From Bacteroidota bacterium (GTDB taxonomy: Bacteria; Bacteroidota; Bacteroidia; JACPRZ01): 64,000 bases of DNA. The notes beneath the pieces are model-generated. The model did no database searches and was not told the origin of the DNA. It saw nothing but the letters and a program-made list of their open reading frames with translations. Location of the stretch: positions 33,109 to 97,108 of the forward strand of contig JACPRZ010000012.1 of assembly GCA_016193485.1 (NCBI GenBank), written 5' to 3'. Positions 9,050 through 18,725 of this stretch are shown in pieces (the stretch's first letter is position 1; each line of letters opens with the position of its first letter). The position numbers and the translations under genes are program-made.

Positions 9050-10354
9050 TCACTGCACCCTGACTTTGGTTGTTTCGTTCATCCAGCATCCCACGGTATA
9101 ATCCTGTCCTTCTGCAAGGGACCGGAAAAAAGCGTCCTGCTTTTTCGGGAAATATTGCTGGTATGTGGCTATTTTCCGGTTGGCTTCTTCAGCCACAGAA
9201 CCTTCTGCATTTTTGGCTTGTTGGTACTTGTCCACCGCAATCCAATATACGGTAAGGAGTTCAAATTCATCGGTAAAACAACTTTTTGCGCTGCTGATAT
9301 AAATATCCCCGATGAGCAGGTATGCTTTTCCGCTCACGGAGGAAAAAGTGGCCGTTCTTCTTGCGATATTCCTCGCCTGTTCATTCTGTCCGAGATTTTT
9401 AAAATAATGAAGCGCGAGTTCAAAAAAATATTCACCCTTTTTCGATTGGTCATCTTCATTATCGGCTGCCTGTTGAAGGTAAGTGGTAGCTTTACCGTGC
9501 TGGCCTTTTTCAATAAACAGTTGCCCCAGGTTAAATGCTGCAAAAGCGGATGGTTCCAGCGCATACAACGCTTCACTCACCTCGGAAAACAGCGGCAGCG
9601 ATTTACAGTTTTTTGCGGTTAACATTTTTGCCGCTTTTTTCAACAGCAATGTATCTTTCGGATTTTGTTTTACTTTCGGTTCATAAATAGCGACAATGTC
9701 TTTACAGTCGGCAAACGGGGAAATTATACCGTCAACATTGGTTTTGGCCGATTCATAATATTGCCTGATTTCACCATTGGCGCTGATATTAAAATCAATC
9801 ACAGAACCAGCAAGGTCATACTGTTCGAATAACTTTTCTTTTGTCATTTTACCCGCATTCACCAGTTCGGCAGAAGTTTGAATCCAGGCAACAAGAACCC
9901 CCGCTTCTGGTTTCCTCCCCTGAAGTTCCACTGATTTCTGAAGTACCTGATTGATCTCTTCAAGTTTCGTTTTACGATACTGATACATGTCAACACCTTT
10001 CTTACCGAGTACCAGCCCTTCTTCACCGAAATATTTAATGCGGTTGTCATATATTAACAGGAGGGTATCAATGAGCATTTCTTTTCTTGCCGCATTTTTT
10101 TCATTTTTCAATAAATATTCAACTATTTTTATACCGTCCACGTATGCTTTTTTGCTTGCGCGCGGGCAAATTTCAAAAGCGCTTTTCCAATAAATATACG
10201 CTTCGGTAAAGTTTTTTTCTTTGAGCCGGTCACCATACAGTGAAAGATTACGCAGACACAACTGACTGTCAGCGCCCCATTTGTTTATGTTATCCTGCGA
10301 AAAAACCGGTGACAGCAGGAACTGAAGCGCAAAAATTAATCCTGATATTTTCAT
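9050..10354 (-). CDS. TPR-like repeat protein (secreted/periplasmic)
   Basis: ORF 9050..10399. Likely start at the internal MKISGLIFALQFLLSPVFSQ (signal peptide). Alpha-helical, repeat-like composition. Conserved partner of the LptC-like gene in Bacteroidota. Confidence 0.6.
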   Translation of the reverse strand: MKISGLIFALQFLLSPVFSQDNINKWGADSQLCLRNLSLYGDRLKEKNFTEAYIYWKSAFEICPRASKKAYVDGIKIVEYLLKNEKNAARKEMLIDTLLLIYDNRIKYFGEEGLVLGKKGVDMYQYRKTKLEEINQVLQKSVELQGRKPEAGVLVAWIQTSAELVNAGKMTKEKLFEQYDLAGSVIDFNISANGEIRQYYESAKTNVDGIISPFADCKDIVAIYEPKVKQNPKDTLLLKKAAKMLTAKNCKSLPLFSEVSEALYALEPSAFAAFNLGQLFIEKGQHGKATTYLQQAADNEDDQSKKGEYFFELALHYFKNLGQNEQARNIARRTATFSSVSGKAYLLIGDIYISSAKSCFTDEFELLTVYWIAVDKYQQAKNAEGSVAEEANRKIATYQQYFPKKQDAFFRSLAEGQDYTVGCWMNETTKVRVQ

Positions 10355-10364
10355 ATATGATAGA

Positions 10365-11654
10365 TTAATCAATTTTTTCCCTGATAAACCATTTGTCATT
10401 CATAGATAATATGAAATTCAGCCGAATATAATCATCCCGGTACAGGTTTTTACGGAAGGTACCCGTTCTGCCGAGTTCCAGTGCAAAATTAATTCTTGAA
10501 CGGGATCGCCTTACCGGAAAACCCATTCCAAATGTCATGCCGTTATTCATGATCCTGATACCATGGAGCGAGTATGGAGTTTCATTAAGAAAAATCCCGA
10601 AACGGTATTGGGTCGCCTTCCAGAAACCGTATTCCGATCCGGATGTACCGGGGCTATACTGGACACCGGTTGAATATTGACGGGAATCGCGGTAGGGATA
10701 TGACATAACCGGGGTATAAAACCCGGACCACCGTACAAAAGCGAAGTCACCTTTAAAAATCCAGCGGTTATCTTTCTCAAAAGATAGTCCTGCCCCGAAA
10801 CGTTCCGGCAGCAAAATGCGGGAAATATTATCGGAGTAATATACCGTATCTTTAATATATGAGGTTTGCTGGTCATCAAAATACCGGCTATCCACGCTAT
10901 AAATTATTTTTATGTATTCGTTGCGGATGAGAGTCCTTGGTTCGTAAAAAACACCGGCAGATGATGTCCCTCCCCCTAATGTACCGGTAATGGAACCGCC
11001 AAAAGTAAACATCACATCGCTGAAATTCTGCATGTCGAAACGCAATAACCCGAATGTGTTTCCATAGCCGGATGATTCAAACCGGGTTTTAAGGATTCGG
11101 TAATAATCGCCAAAAAGATAGGATGTGGTGAAACCTGCCGATAATCCTTTGTGGGTAAAAGCGTTCACAAGCGATACCCTGTCCATTTCACCGCTGCCTG
11201 TAGAACTGAAGTTTACAATGCCGGTATTTGGAAAAGACCCTGATGTCCTGATGTTGTAGCCCATCCTGGAATATGGGAAAAAACCGATTCCCGCTTTCCA
11301 CCATCTAAAAACGGGAAACCCGAAAGCAAGGTGAGATAACCACACATGATTGTAGCGGACAGCAGTATCGGATGAATGTTGCAGAAAAGTTTGCCTGCCC
11401 GAAATGCCGGTTTCAAAAATTACCGACTGGGGATTAATGGCTCCCGCAAGGGCGGGATTGGAAAAGTTAATATGTCCGGATGAATAAAGACCGTATGCTT
11501 CACCTCCCATTCCCGATACCTGGCTGCCGGCAGAAAGGTTCATTTCTCCCAATGCATATTGTGAATAAGGAGAAAAAGTGGATTTCTGGGCTACGCAATT
11601 TAGCACCTGAAAAAATATAAAGAGAACTATAGGGATAAAATTTTTTTTATTCAT
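10365..11654 (-). CDS. Putative outer-membrane beta-barrel protein (uncharacterised family)
   Basis: Signal peptide MNKKNFIPIVLFIFFQVLNCVAQ. Gly/Tyr/Phe-rich alternating pattern. C-terminal aromatic residue typical of OM beta-barrels. Confidence 0.5.
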   Translation of the reverse strand: MNKKNFIPIVLFIFFQVLNCVAQKSTFSPYSQYALGEMNLSAGSQVSGMGGEAYGLYSSGHINFSNPALAGAINPQSVIFETGISGRQTFLQHSSDTAVRYNHVWLSHLAFGFPVFRWWKAGIGFFPYSRMGYNIRTSGSFPNTGIVNFSSTGSGEMDRVSLVNAFTHKGLSAGFTTSYLFGDYYRILKTRFESSGYGNTFGLLRFDMQNFSDVMFTFGGSITGTLGGGTSSAGVFYEPRTLIRNEYIKIIYSVDSRYFDDQQTSYIKDTVYYSDNISRILLPERFGAGLSFEKDNRWIFKGDFAFVRWSGFYTPVMSYPYRDSRQYSTGVQYSPGTSGSEYGFWKATQYRFGIFLNETPYSLHGIRIMNNGMTFGMGFPVRRSRSRINFALELGRTGTFRKNLYRDDYIRLNFILSMNDKWFIREKID

Positions 11655-12421
11655 CAGAATTTACCGGGAAAATTACAATTCAGAATAATATTCAACCCGT
11701 TGAGCACTAATCCGGGCCGCGCAAAGATGGGTATTTTTGACGAAAATGCTTTTTTCACCCCTTTAAACAGAAATGGCAGATCACCTCCGGTCATCACAAT
11801 AATCAGTCCGGGATGGTTTTTCAGATAGTTAACGATTATTCCGCTGATTTCTGATATGGCGCCATGGAATATACCTGCCCGGATGGAACCTTTAGTCGAT
11901 CGGCCTGTAAGCGGAACAGGTTCCTGAATGGATTCAATCAACGGTAATTTTTCAGTAAAAACGTAAAGGGATGCCGTTCTCATGGCAAGCCCGGGATGTA
12001 TGCTTCCGCCAAAATATTTTTGATCATCTGAAACGAAATCAAACGTGATACAGGTGCCGGCATTAATAACCAGCAGGGATTTCCCGGGAAAATGCGCTGA
12101 AGCCCCGACAACAGCTGCAATCCGGTCAGTGCCCAGGGTATGGGGTGTTTGATATTTTATTTTGACAGGAACCCGTGTTAATCCTGTCATGCGGATAAAG
12201 TGACAACGGGAGGCAAATATTTTTTCAAGGTTACGGGGATGATGAGCCACAGATGAAAGGATGACATTACGGATTGGCTTGTTCCTGCGCAAAAGGGAAC
12301 GCCACCCTTCAAGGGAAACTTTTTTCTTCACGCTCATTTTAATGAGCCGGGAACCTTTGAATATGCCAAATTTGGTCCGGGAATTACCTATATCGATGCA
12401 GAGATTAAGGGCAGATGGCAT
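11654..12421 (-). CDS. coaX: Type III pantothenate kinase
   Basis: 255 aa starting with LCIDIGNSRTKFGIF (ASKHA fold; CoaX motif DxGNT/S). Confidence 0.9.
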   Translation of the reverse strand: MPSALNLCIDIGNSRTKFGIFKGSRLIKMSVKKKVSLEGWRSLLRRNKPIRNVILSSVAHHPRNLEKIFASRCHFIRMTGLTRVPVKIKYQTPHTLGTDRIAAVVGASAHFPGKSLLVINAGTCITFDFVSDDQKYFGGSIHPGLAMRTASLYVFTEKLPLIESIQEPVPLTGRSTKGSIRAGIFHGAISEISGIIVNYLKNHPGLIIVMTGGDLPFLFKGVKKAFSSKIPIFARPGLVLNGLNIILNCNFPGKF

Positions 12422-12558
12422 GGATTTTAAATATCAATTCATTTGGAGTCAATCAAAGATACGATGATTTTTTACCGGGTGTAACAGGAATTTTTCAAAA
12501 TCACACCACAATCGCACTTCCCTGAAAATTTCTACCTTCGCAACCCTAAACCGAAGTT

Positions 12559-12726
12559 ATGAAACGTACTTTTCAGCCGTCACGCATCAAACGAAGGCAC
12601 AAACACGGCTTCCGCAAACGCATGTCCTCGCACTGGGGAAAGAGGGTGCTCAAAGCCCGGAGAAAACGGGGACGCTGGAAACTCACGGTCTCCGATGAAA
12701 AACCGCATAAACGGATCAGGAAGTAA
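12559..12726 (+). CDS. rpmH: 50S ribosomal protein L34
   Basis: Translation [55 protein letters not shown] (55 aa) matches the L34 signature [13 protein letters not shown]....GR.VL..RR.KGR..L. Absent from the ORF track because it is under 60 aa. Confidence 0.85.
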   Translation: MKRTFQPSRIKRRHKHGFRKRMSSHWGKRVLKARRKRGRWKLTVSDEKPHKRIRK

Positions 12727-12751
12727 GCAGTGCCTTCGCAAAAACCTTCCG

Positions 12752-14680
12752 GTGAAGCGGAGCGTAACTATCTTTGTCTTTTTTCTCTGTTCATACTATT
12801 ATGCGCAAAGTGGGTCTGTGGACTCTCTATTGCATCGTTTGACGGATGCCAAAGGAACTGAAAAAGTTAAAATTCTCAGCGACCTGTGCTGGGAATACCG
12901 CTATTCATCCGTTGATTCTTCCCTGCTTTTCGGTCATAAAGCACTGAAACTTGCCGAGACGCTCAACTACCCTGCAGGAATTGCTCAGACCTGCAATGAC
13001 CTTGGTGTTGTTTATATGATGAAAGGCGATTATGATCTTGCCGTCAAATTATTTTACCGCGCACTGATGTGGCGTAAGGAACTTAACGATTCAACAGGCA
13101 TTGCTGCGGTGTTAAATAAAATCGGAATGATACATAAAGAGAGGGGCAGGTTGGATTCTGCGCTGGCTTGTTTTATCAGCGCCCTTGATATTTATGAAAA
13201 GATAAGGCATACACAGGGTATCGCTCACATGTTGAATAACGTTGCCGTGGTGTACATGCTCCAGCAGAATTACGATTCCGCCCTTGAATATTTTTTTAAG
13301 TCGCTGAAGATAAAGGAAAAACAAAAAGATGATTACGGCATTTCAGGAACACTGCTGAATATCGGGAATATATTTTATTACAAGCGAAGTTACCGGAATG
13401 CGATACCCTATCTTCTATCCGGAATTGAATATGCCAAAAAGGTAAACGAACTCTTATACATCGGACAGGGACTGAATAACATCGGTTCATGTTACCTTGA
13501 ATTACAAGTGTACGATACCGCTTTACAATACCTGACCGAAGCCCTTCCCATCCGTTTGCAATTACAGGATAAAAAAGGTGAGGCATCGACCCTTATAAAT
13601 CTGGCAAATTGCTATCTGCATCTGAAACATTTTTTAAAGGCGGAGCAGTATATGTCGGATGCCCTGAAAATGGCGCAGGAAATAGGGGCAAAACAGGAAA
13701 TCATGAACGCCCATCTGAATCTTTCTCTTTTGTATAATACCACCGGTGAGCAAGAGAAGGCATATGAAGAACATATCGAATATTCAGCAATGCGCGACTC
13801 AATTCTGAATGAAGAACGAAATAACCAGATAGCATCCATGCAGGTTCGTTATGAAACAGAAAAGAAGGAAAAAGAGATTGCCGTCCAGAAGTTGCAGATC
13901 AGCCACCAGCAACTGGCGCTGAACCGCAGAAAAGTAGAAGTGATTTTTCTGTCGGGTATAATTTTGCTGTTGTTTTTTTCGGGATTCTTATTTTACCGCC
14001 AGCAACGGTTAAAGCGCAGGCACCTCCGGGAGGTGGCTCTTATGGAACAAAAGGATATTCACATGAGGGCAATGGTAGAGGGGGAAGAACATGAACGCAG
14101 ACGGCTTGCAGGGGATTTGCATGACGGCCTCGGGCAAATGCTTTCCACCCTTAAAATGAATGTCTCATCCGTTCTGCCGGATAACGGTGCCGTTCCTCCG
14201 GAGGAAAAAGAAAAAACGCTGAACCTGATTGATGAAGCGTGTAATGAACTCCGCTCCGTTTCACACAACCTGATGCCTGCTACTCTCATCAAAGCGGGAT
14301 TGATTCCCGCCCTGCATGAGATCATTGAAAAGATCAATCATACCGGCAACCTGCAGGTTATTCTCATTACCCATGGACTGGAGAAAAGAATGGATAATTC
14401 AAAAGAGATAAATATCTACAGGATCATACAGGAATTGCTCAACAACGGCCTTAAACATTCCGGGGCAACGGAAATCATTGTACAACTGACCCGTGATGAA
14501 AGGGAATTAACCGTCACGGTTGAAGATAATGGAAAGGGATTCGATGTACCCGCTGCCGGTGAAGCCTCGGGTATCGGATGGAAGAATATCCTGTCGCGGA
14601 TTGCTTTTCTGAAAGGCGCTGTTAATGTGGATTCTCAACCCGGTAAAGGAACTACCGTTGCAATGGATGTTCCTTTGTGA
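12752..14680 (+). CDS. TPR-repeat sensor histidine kinase (HisKA_3/NarX-type + HATPase_c)
   Basis: ORF 12695..14680 overlaps rpmH. An in-frame GTG at ~12752 gives MKRSVTIFVFFLCSYYYAQS (signal/TM). TPR repeats, one TM segment (IFLSGIILLLFFSGFLFY), HisKA_3 (ERRRLAGDLHDGLGQ) and a GHKL ATPase C-terminus. Confidence 0.8.
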   Translation: MKRSVTIFVFFLCSYYYAQSGSVDSLLHRLTDAKGTEKVKILSDLCWEYRYSSVDSSLLFGHKALKLAETLNYPAGIAQTCNDLGVVYMMKGDYDLAVKLFYRALMWRKELNDSTGIAAVLNKIGMIHKERGRLDSALACFISALDIYEKIRHTQGIAHMLNNVAVVYMLQQNYDSALEYFFKSLKIKEKQKDDYGISGTLLNIGNIFYYKRSYRNAIPYLLSGIEYAKKVNELLYIGQGLNNIGSCYLELQVYDTALQYLTEALPIRLQLQDKKGEASTLINLANCYLHLKHFLKAEQYMSDALKMAQEIGAKQEIMNAHLNLSLLYNTTGEQEKAYEEHIEYSAMRDSILNEERNNQIASMQVRYETEKKEKEIAVQKLQISHQQLALNRRKVEVIFLSGIILLLFFSGFLFYRQQRLKRRHLREVALMEQKDIHMRAMVEGEEHERRRLAGDLHDGLGQMLSTLKMNVSSVLPDNGAVPPEEKEKTLNLIDEACNELRSVSHNLMPATLIKAGLIPALHEIIEKINHTGNLQVILITHGLEKRMDNSKEINIYRIIQELLNNGLKHSGATEIIVQLTRDERELTVTVEDNGKGFDVPAAGEASGIGWKNILSRIAFLKGAVNVDSQPGKGTTVAMDVPL

Positions 14681-14718
14681 AAAGGAAATACCCGCATAAT
14701 TCTTACCTTTGCACCTTC

Positions 14719-15438
14719 ATGACGCGATTAAGCGTAAACATAAACAAAATTGCCCTCATCCGGAATGCTAGGGGGGGGAATGTTCCTGATATCATTAAGG
14801 CGGCAGGCGCCTGCGAACGGTATGGAGCCCAGGGGATCACCGTACATCCGCGCCCTGATGAAAGACATATCAGGTACCATGATGTTCAGGTCCTTAAACC
14901 CGCCATAAAAACCGAACTTAACGTTGAGGGTTTTCCGTCAAAAAAATTCCTGAACCTTGTAAAAAAGATAAAGCCACATCAGGTTACTCTTGTTCCTGAC
15001 CCGCCCGATGCGCTTACGTCCAATGCCGGCTGGGATACCGTGAAAAACGCTTCATTACTGCGCGATACGGTTCAGCAGTTAAAGAGTTGTGGAATACGGA
15101 CTTCCATCTTTATCGGTACTGACCTTAAAATGATAGAACATGCGCGGCATACCGGTACACAGCGGGTAGAGTTATATACAGAACCGTATTCGCGGAATTT
15201 TCATCTCAACAGGAAGAAAGCCATTGCGCCTTTTATCAGGGCGGCAAATCTCGCCAACCAACTTGGCCTCGGGATAAATGCCGGTCATGATCTGAATCTT
15301 GAAAACCTGAACTTCTTTGTCAAAAATATTCCCTTCCTTCATGAGGTCTCCATCGGACATGCCCTTGTTTCGGACGCTCTCTATTACGGGCTCGAAAGAA
15401 CTATCGGGATGTATCTGAAAGAATTGTCTGGCGGATGA
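14719..15438 (+). CDS. pdxJ: Pyridoxine 5'-phosphate synthase
   Basis: Start at the internal MTRLSVNINKIALIRNARGG (canonical PdxJ N-terminus). TIM-barrel family similarity throughout. Confidence 0.9.
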   Translation: MTRLSVNINKIALIRNARGGNVPDIIKAAGACERYGAQGITVHPRPDERHIRYHDVQVLKPAIKTELNVEGFPSKKFLNLVKKIKPHQVTLVPDPPDALTSNAGWDTVKNASLLRDTVQQLKSCGIRTSIFIGTDLKMIEHARHTGTQRVELYTEPYSRNFHLNRKKAIAPFIRAANLANQLGLGINAGHDLNLENLNFFVKNIPFLHEVSIGHALVSDALYYGLERTIGMYLKELSGG

Positions 15439-15484
15439 ATGAATTCCGCTTCACCGGAGGGATAAAATACCGTCTTCCTTACCT

Positions 15485-17485
15485 ATGTACTCCCATTCAG
15501 TCCTGAAATTTCTTTCCACCCTGTTCTCCGCTCTTGTTTTTTTGACCGCTCTTCTTGTTCTCCTGGGCTGGCACTTTGATATTGAAATTTTAAAAAGGCC
15601 TCTGCCCGGAACAGTAGCGATGAACCCTGCAACAGCCATCGCTTTTATTACTTCGGCTCTTTCATTTCTGCTTCTAAAGAGAAACAATATTTCATCCGTT
15701 TCAGGGATTACAGGAATTCTATTTGCTGTTATTACGTTTTTAATCGGATCGGTTAAATTGACCGGTATTATATCCGGTACTGATGTTCTAATTGACAGTA
15801 CCCTCTACCATGATAAACTTCTCATAGAATTCAGTAACCAGCCGGCTAACCGCATGGCGCCCAACACTGCTTTTTGTTTTGTACTGGTTGCGGTTGGATT
15901 ACTGACGTTTAAAACAAGTTCACATCGGAAAATTCTACTCCCGCAATACTTTGCTCTCACGGTTGCCCTGGTTGCCTGGTTATCGGTTCTCGGATATTTA
16001 TATGATGTAAAAGAATTTTATGGCGTGCTGCACTATATACCAATGGCAATTCATACCGCTTTGTGCTTTCTGTTCATGGCGCTGTCTCTCCTGATTTGCT
16101 ATCCGGACAAAGGTTTCGTCAGTGAATTCAATACACCGTTCGCGGGGTCTCTTATTGCCCGTATGCTTATCCCTGCGGCTGTACTGGTACCCGTTCTTCT
16201 CGGTTTTATTCGTCTTTATGGATACCGCACCGGATTATTTTCCACCGAACTTGGCGTTGCCCTCCTTGTACTTTTCATCACCATTATTTTTCTGGTACTT
16301 ATATGGTATAATACCCGCCTGCTTAACAGGCGTGATGCCGCGAAACTTTCCTTTGAACAGCGGCTCAGCGAATCAAATGAAAAATTCCTTAAACTTTTTT
16401 ACAATAGCCCGGCAGCAATGGCTATTACCGAATTGCTCAGCGGTAAGTTCCTTGAAGTCAATGAAGCGTATATGCACCTGACAGGATATACCCAAAGGGA
16501 AATTATCGGGAAAACATCCATTGACCTTGGATTGATCTCAGTTGAATACCGGGAACAGATCAGGACAAAAGTACTGGAAATGAAATCGGTGAGAAATATC
16601 GAGATTGTAATCATTAATTCAAAAAAGGAACCGGTACCTGTTCTCCTTGCTGTAGATATCATCCGTATCGGGAAAAATGACTGCATGTTATCCTCATTGC
16701 TCGACATAACCGGCATAAAAAGAGCGGAAAGGGAGATAAAGGAATTGAACAGGGAACTCGAAAAAAATATCCGGAATCTTGAAGAAGCAAACAAGGAACT
16801 TGATTCCTTCTCCTATTCTGTATCACACGACCTGAGGGCGCCACTGCGCGCCATATACGGTTATTGCGGGATATTACTCGGTGATTTCGGAGCGAAAGTT
16901 GATTCGGAAATGAAGCGGCTGCTGGAAATCGTTTCGGAGAACGCGAAAAAAATGGGTCGCCTGATTGACGATCTCCTTGCTTTTTCACGCCTGTCAAAAA
17001 AAGAAATTGTCCGGAAAGATATTGATATGAATGAAATTGTTAAAAATGTAATTGATGAAATCAGGTCCCAATACCGGGAAAGTAATGCAGAATGGAAAAT
17101 CAGTGACCTTACTCCTGCCTTAGCCGATCCATCCCTGATAAAACAGGTATGGCTGAATCTGGTATCCAACGCTGTAAAATATTCACGGCATCGGTCAAAC
17201 CCGGAAATTGAAATCGGATGCAGACGGCAAAATGACGAAATAATCTATTTCATCAGGGATAACGGGGTGGGTTTTGACATGCGTTATGCCGGTAAATTAT
17301 TCGGTGTGTTTCAACGTCTGCATGGCGCTGATGAATTTGAAGGAACCGGTGTGGGACTTGCCATTGTAAAACGGATAATAACCCGGCATAAGGGTACGGT
17401 TTGGGCCGAGGCAAAAGAAGGGGAAGGATCATCATTTTATTTTTCCCTTAACGCAGAATCTCCAGCCGGACAGAATCAAATTTAA
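15485..17485 (+). CDS. Membrane sensor histidine kinase (multi-TM N-domain, PAS, HisKA, HATPase_c)
   Basis: About 8 predicted TM helices, PAS region (FYNSPAAMAITE), HisKA (SYSVSHDLRAPLR) and the HATPase_c G-boxes (DNGVGF, GTGVGLAIV). Confidence 0.85.
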   Translation: MYSHSVLKFLSTLFSALVFLTALLVLLGWHFDIEILKRPLPGTVAMNPATAIAFITSALSFLLLKRNNISSVSGITGILFAVITFLIGSVKLTGIISGTDVLIDSTLYHDKLLIEFSNQPANRMAPNTAFCFVLVAVGLLTFKTSSHRKILLPQYFALTVALVAWLSVLGYLYDVKEFYGVLHYIPMAIHTALCFLFMALSLLICYPDKGFVSEFNTPFAGSLIARMLIPAAVLVPVLLGFIRLYGYRTGLFSTELGVALLVLFITIIFLVLIWYNTRLLNRRDAAKLSFEQRLSESNEKFLKLFYNSPAAMAITELLSGKFLEVNEAYMHLTGYTQREIIGKTSIDLGLISVEYREQIRTKVLEMKSVRNIEIVIINSKKEPVPVLLAVDIIRIGKNDCMLSSLLDITGIKRAEREIKELNRELEKNIRNLEEANKELDSFSYSVSHDLRAPLRAIYGYCGILLGDFGAKVDSEMKRLLEIVSENAKKMGRLIDDLLAFSRLSKKEIVRKDIDMNEIVKNVIDEIRSQYRESNAEWKISDLTPALADPSLIKQVWLNLVSNAVKYSRHRSNPEIEIGCRRQNDEIIYFIRDNGVGFDMRYAGKLFGVFQRLHGADEFEGTGVGLAIVKRIITRHKGTVWAEAKEGEGSSFYFSLNAESPAGQNQI

Positions 17486-18719
17486 TGAATAGAAAAAGCA
17501 GGATGGTAAATCCCCATAGAGAAGATCCTCCATAACTGATAAAAGGCAATGGAATCCCAATTACCGGTGCAAGCCCCATGGTCATTCCCATATTGACCGC
17601 AAAATGGAAAAAGAGAACGGATGCAACACAATATCCGTAAATACGGCTGAATTTTGACCGTTGCCTCTCTGCAATAAAAATGATGCGTGCAAGAAGCGCC
17701 ACAAACAATCCAATGGTGAGCAATGAACCGAGGAAGCCCCACTCTTCCCCAATGGTGCAGAAAATAAAATCGGTGCTTTGCTCCGGCACAAAATCATATT
17801 TGGTTTGCGTTCCCTGCAAAAATCCCTTTCCTGTAAATCCGCCCGAACCGATGGCAATAAGCGACTGATTTACATTATAACCGACCCCTTTTATATCTCT
17901 TTCCGTTCCGAGCAACACATTGATACGCGAACGCTGGTGCGGTTCAAGGATGTTGTTGAAAGCATAATCCACCGAATAAATTAATCCTGAAGAAATGGCT
18001 AATGCTAAAAGAATAACCACTACACTCTGCCTGCTCCTGCGAAAGAAGAAAATACCGGAAAGGGCAAAAAAGCCAAGTACTCCAATCAGAATAAATTTAT
18101 TGAACAGCAATGCTAAAAGAAAAAGCATAATGATAAAAACCCCAGTCCATAAATAACGGCTTGATAATCCTTCCCGGTAAAGTACGAGCAGAAGGGACGA
18201 ATAAATCAAAGCCGAACCGGCATCCGGCTGCAGCAATATGAGTAAAGGCGGAATTGCAATGATTGCAGATGAGGTGATTTTTGTCCGGTTTTCCTCAATT
18301 TTCACCCGGAGCCCGCTGAGGTATTTTGCCAGGGCGAGGCAGGTGGCGAACTTTGCAAATTCAGAGGGCTGAAGGCGGAAAGGACCTATTTCGAACCATG
18401 ATTTGGAACCGGCAATCTCTTTTCCGAAAATAACCACTGCAATCAGCAGAAGACAGACAATGCCGTAAACGAGGTATGGAAAAGTAAGGTAAAATCGGAA
18501 ATCAATCAGCATTACTGTCAGGGCGAGAATAAACCCGGTCACGATCCACAGTGCCTGCTTTCCGTAATTCTGTGAAATATCGAATATGCTGCCGTGATCT
18601 TCATTATATACAGCGGCATAGATGTTCATCCAGCCGAAAAAGACAAGGACAAGATAGAGCCAGATCATTATCCAGTCGGCATTACCGAATATGCCTCTGT
18701 TGGGACGCATGGGAAACAA
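17448..18719 (-). CDS. rodA: Rod shape-determining protein RodA (SEDS family peptidoglycan polymerase)
   Basis: 423 aa. N-terminus MRPNRGIFGNADW and polytopic SEDS topology. Directly downstream of mrdA. Confidence 0.9.
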   Translation of the reverse strand: MFPMRPNRGIFGNADWIMIWLYLVLVFFGWMNIYAAVYNEDHGSIFDISQNYGKQALWIVTGFILALTVMLIDFRFYLTFPYLVYGIVCLLLIAVVIFGKEIAGSKSWFEIGPFRLQPSEFAKFATCLALAKYLSGLRVKIEENRTKITSSAIIAIPPLLILLQPDAGSALIYSSLLLVLYREGLSSRYLWTGVFIIMLFLLALLFNKFILIGVLGFFALSGIFFFRRSRQSVVVILLALAISSGLIYSVDYAFNNILEPHQRSRINVLLGTERDIKGVGYNVNQSLIAIGSGGFTGKGFLQGTQTKYDFVPEQSTDFIFCTIGEEWGFLGSLLTIGLFVALLARIIFIAERQRSKFSRIYGYCVASVLFFHFAVNMGMTMGLAPVIGIPLPFISYGGSSLWGFTILLFLFIKFDSVRLEILR

Positions 18720-18725
18720 GGGTTT

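Noticed and set aside
12695-12751. ATG start of the TPR sensor kinase as given in the ORF track.
   Set aside because: It overlaps the 3' end of the rpmH gene in another frame. An in-frame GTG at ~12752 yields a canonical signal/TM N-terminus.
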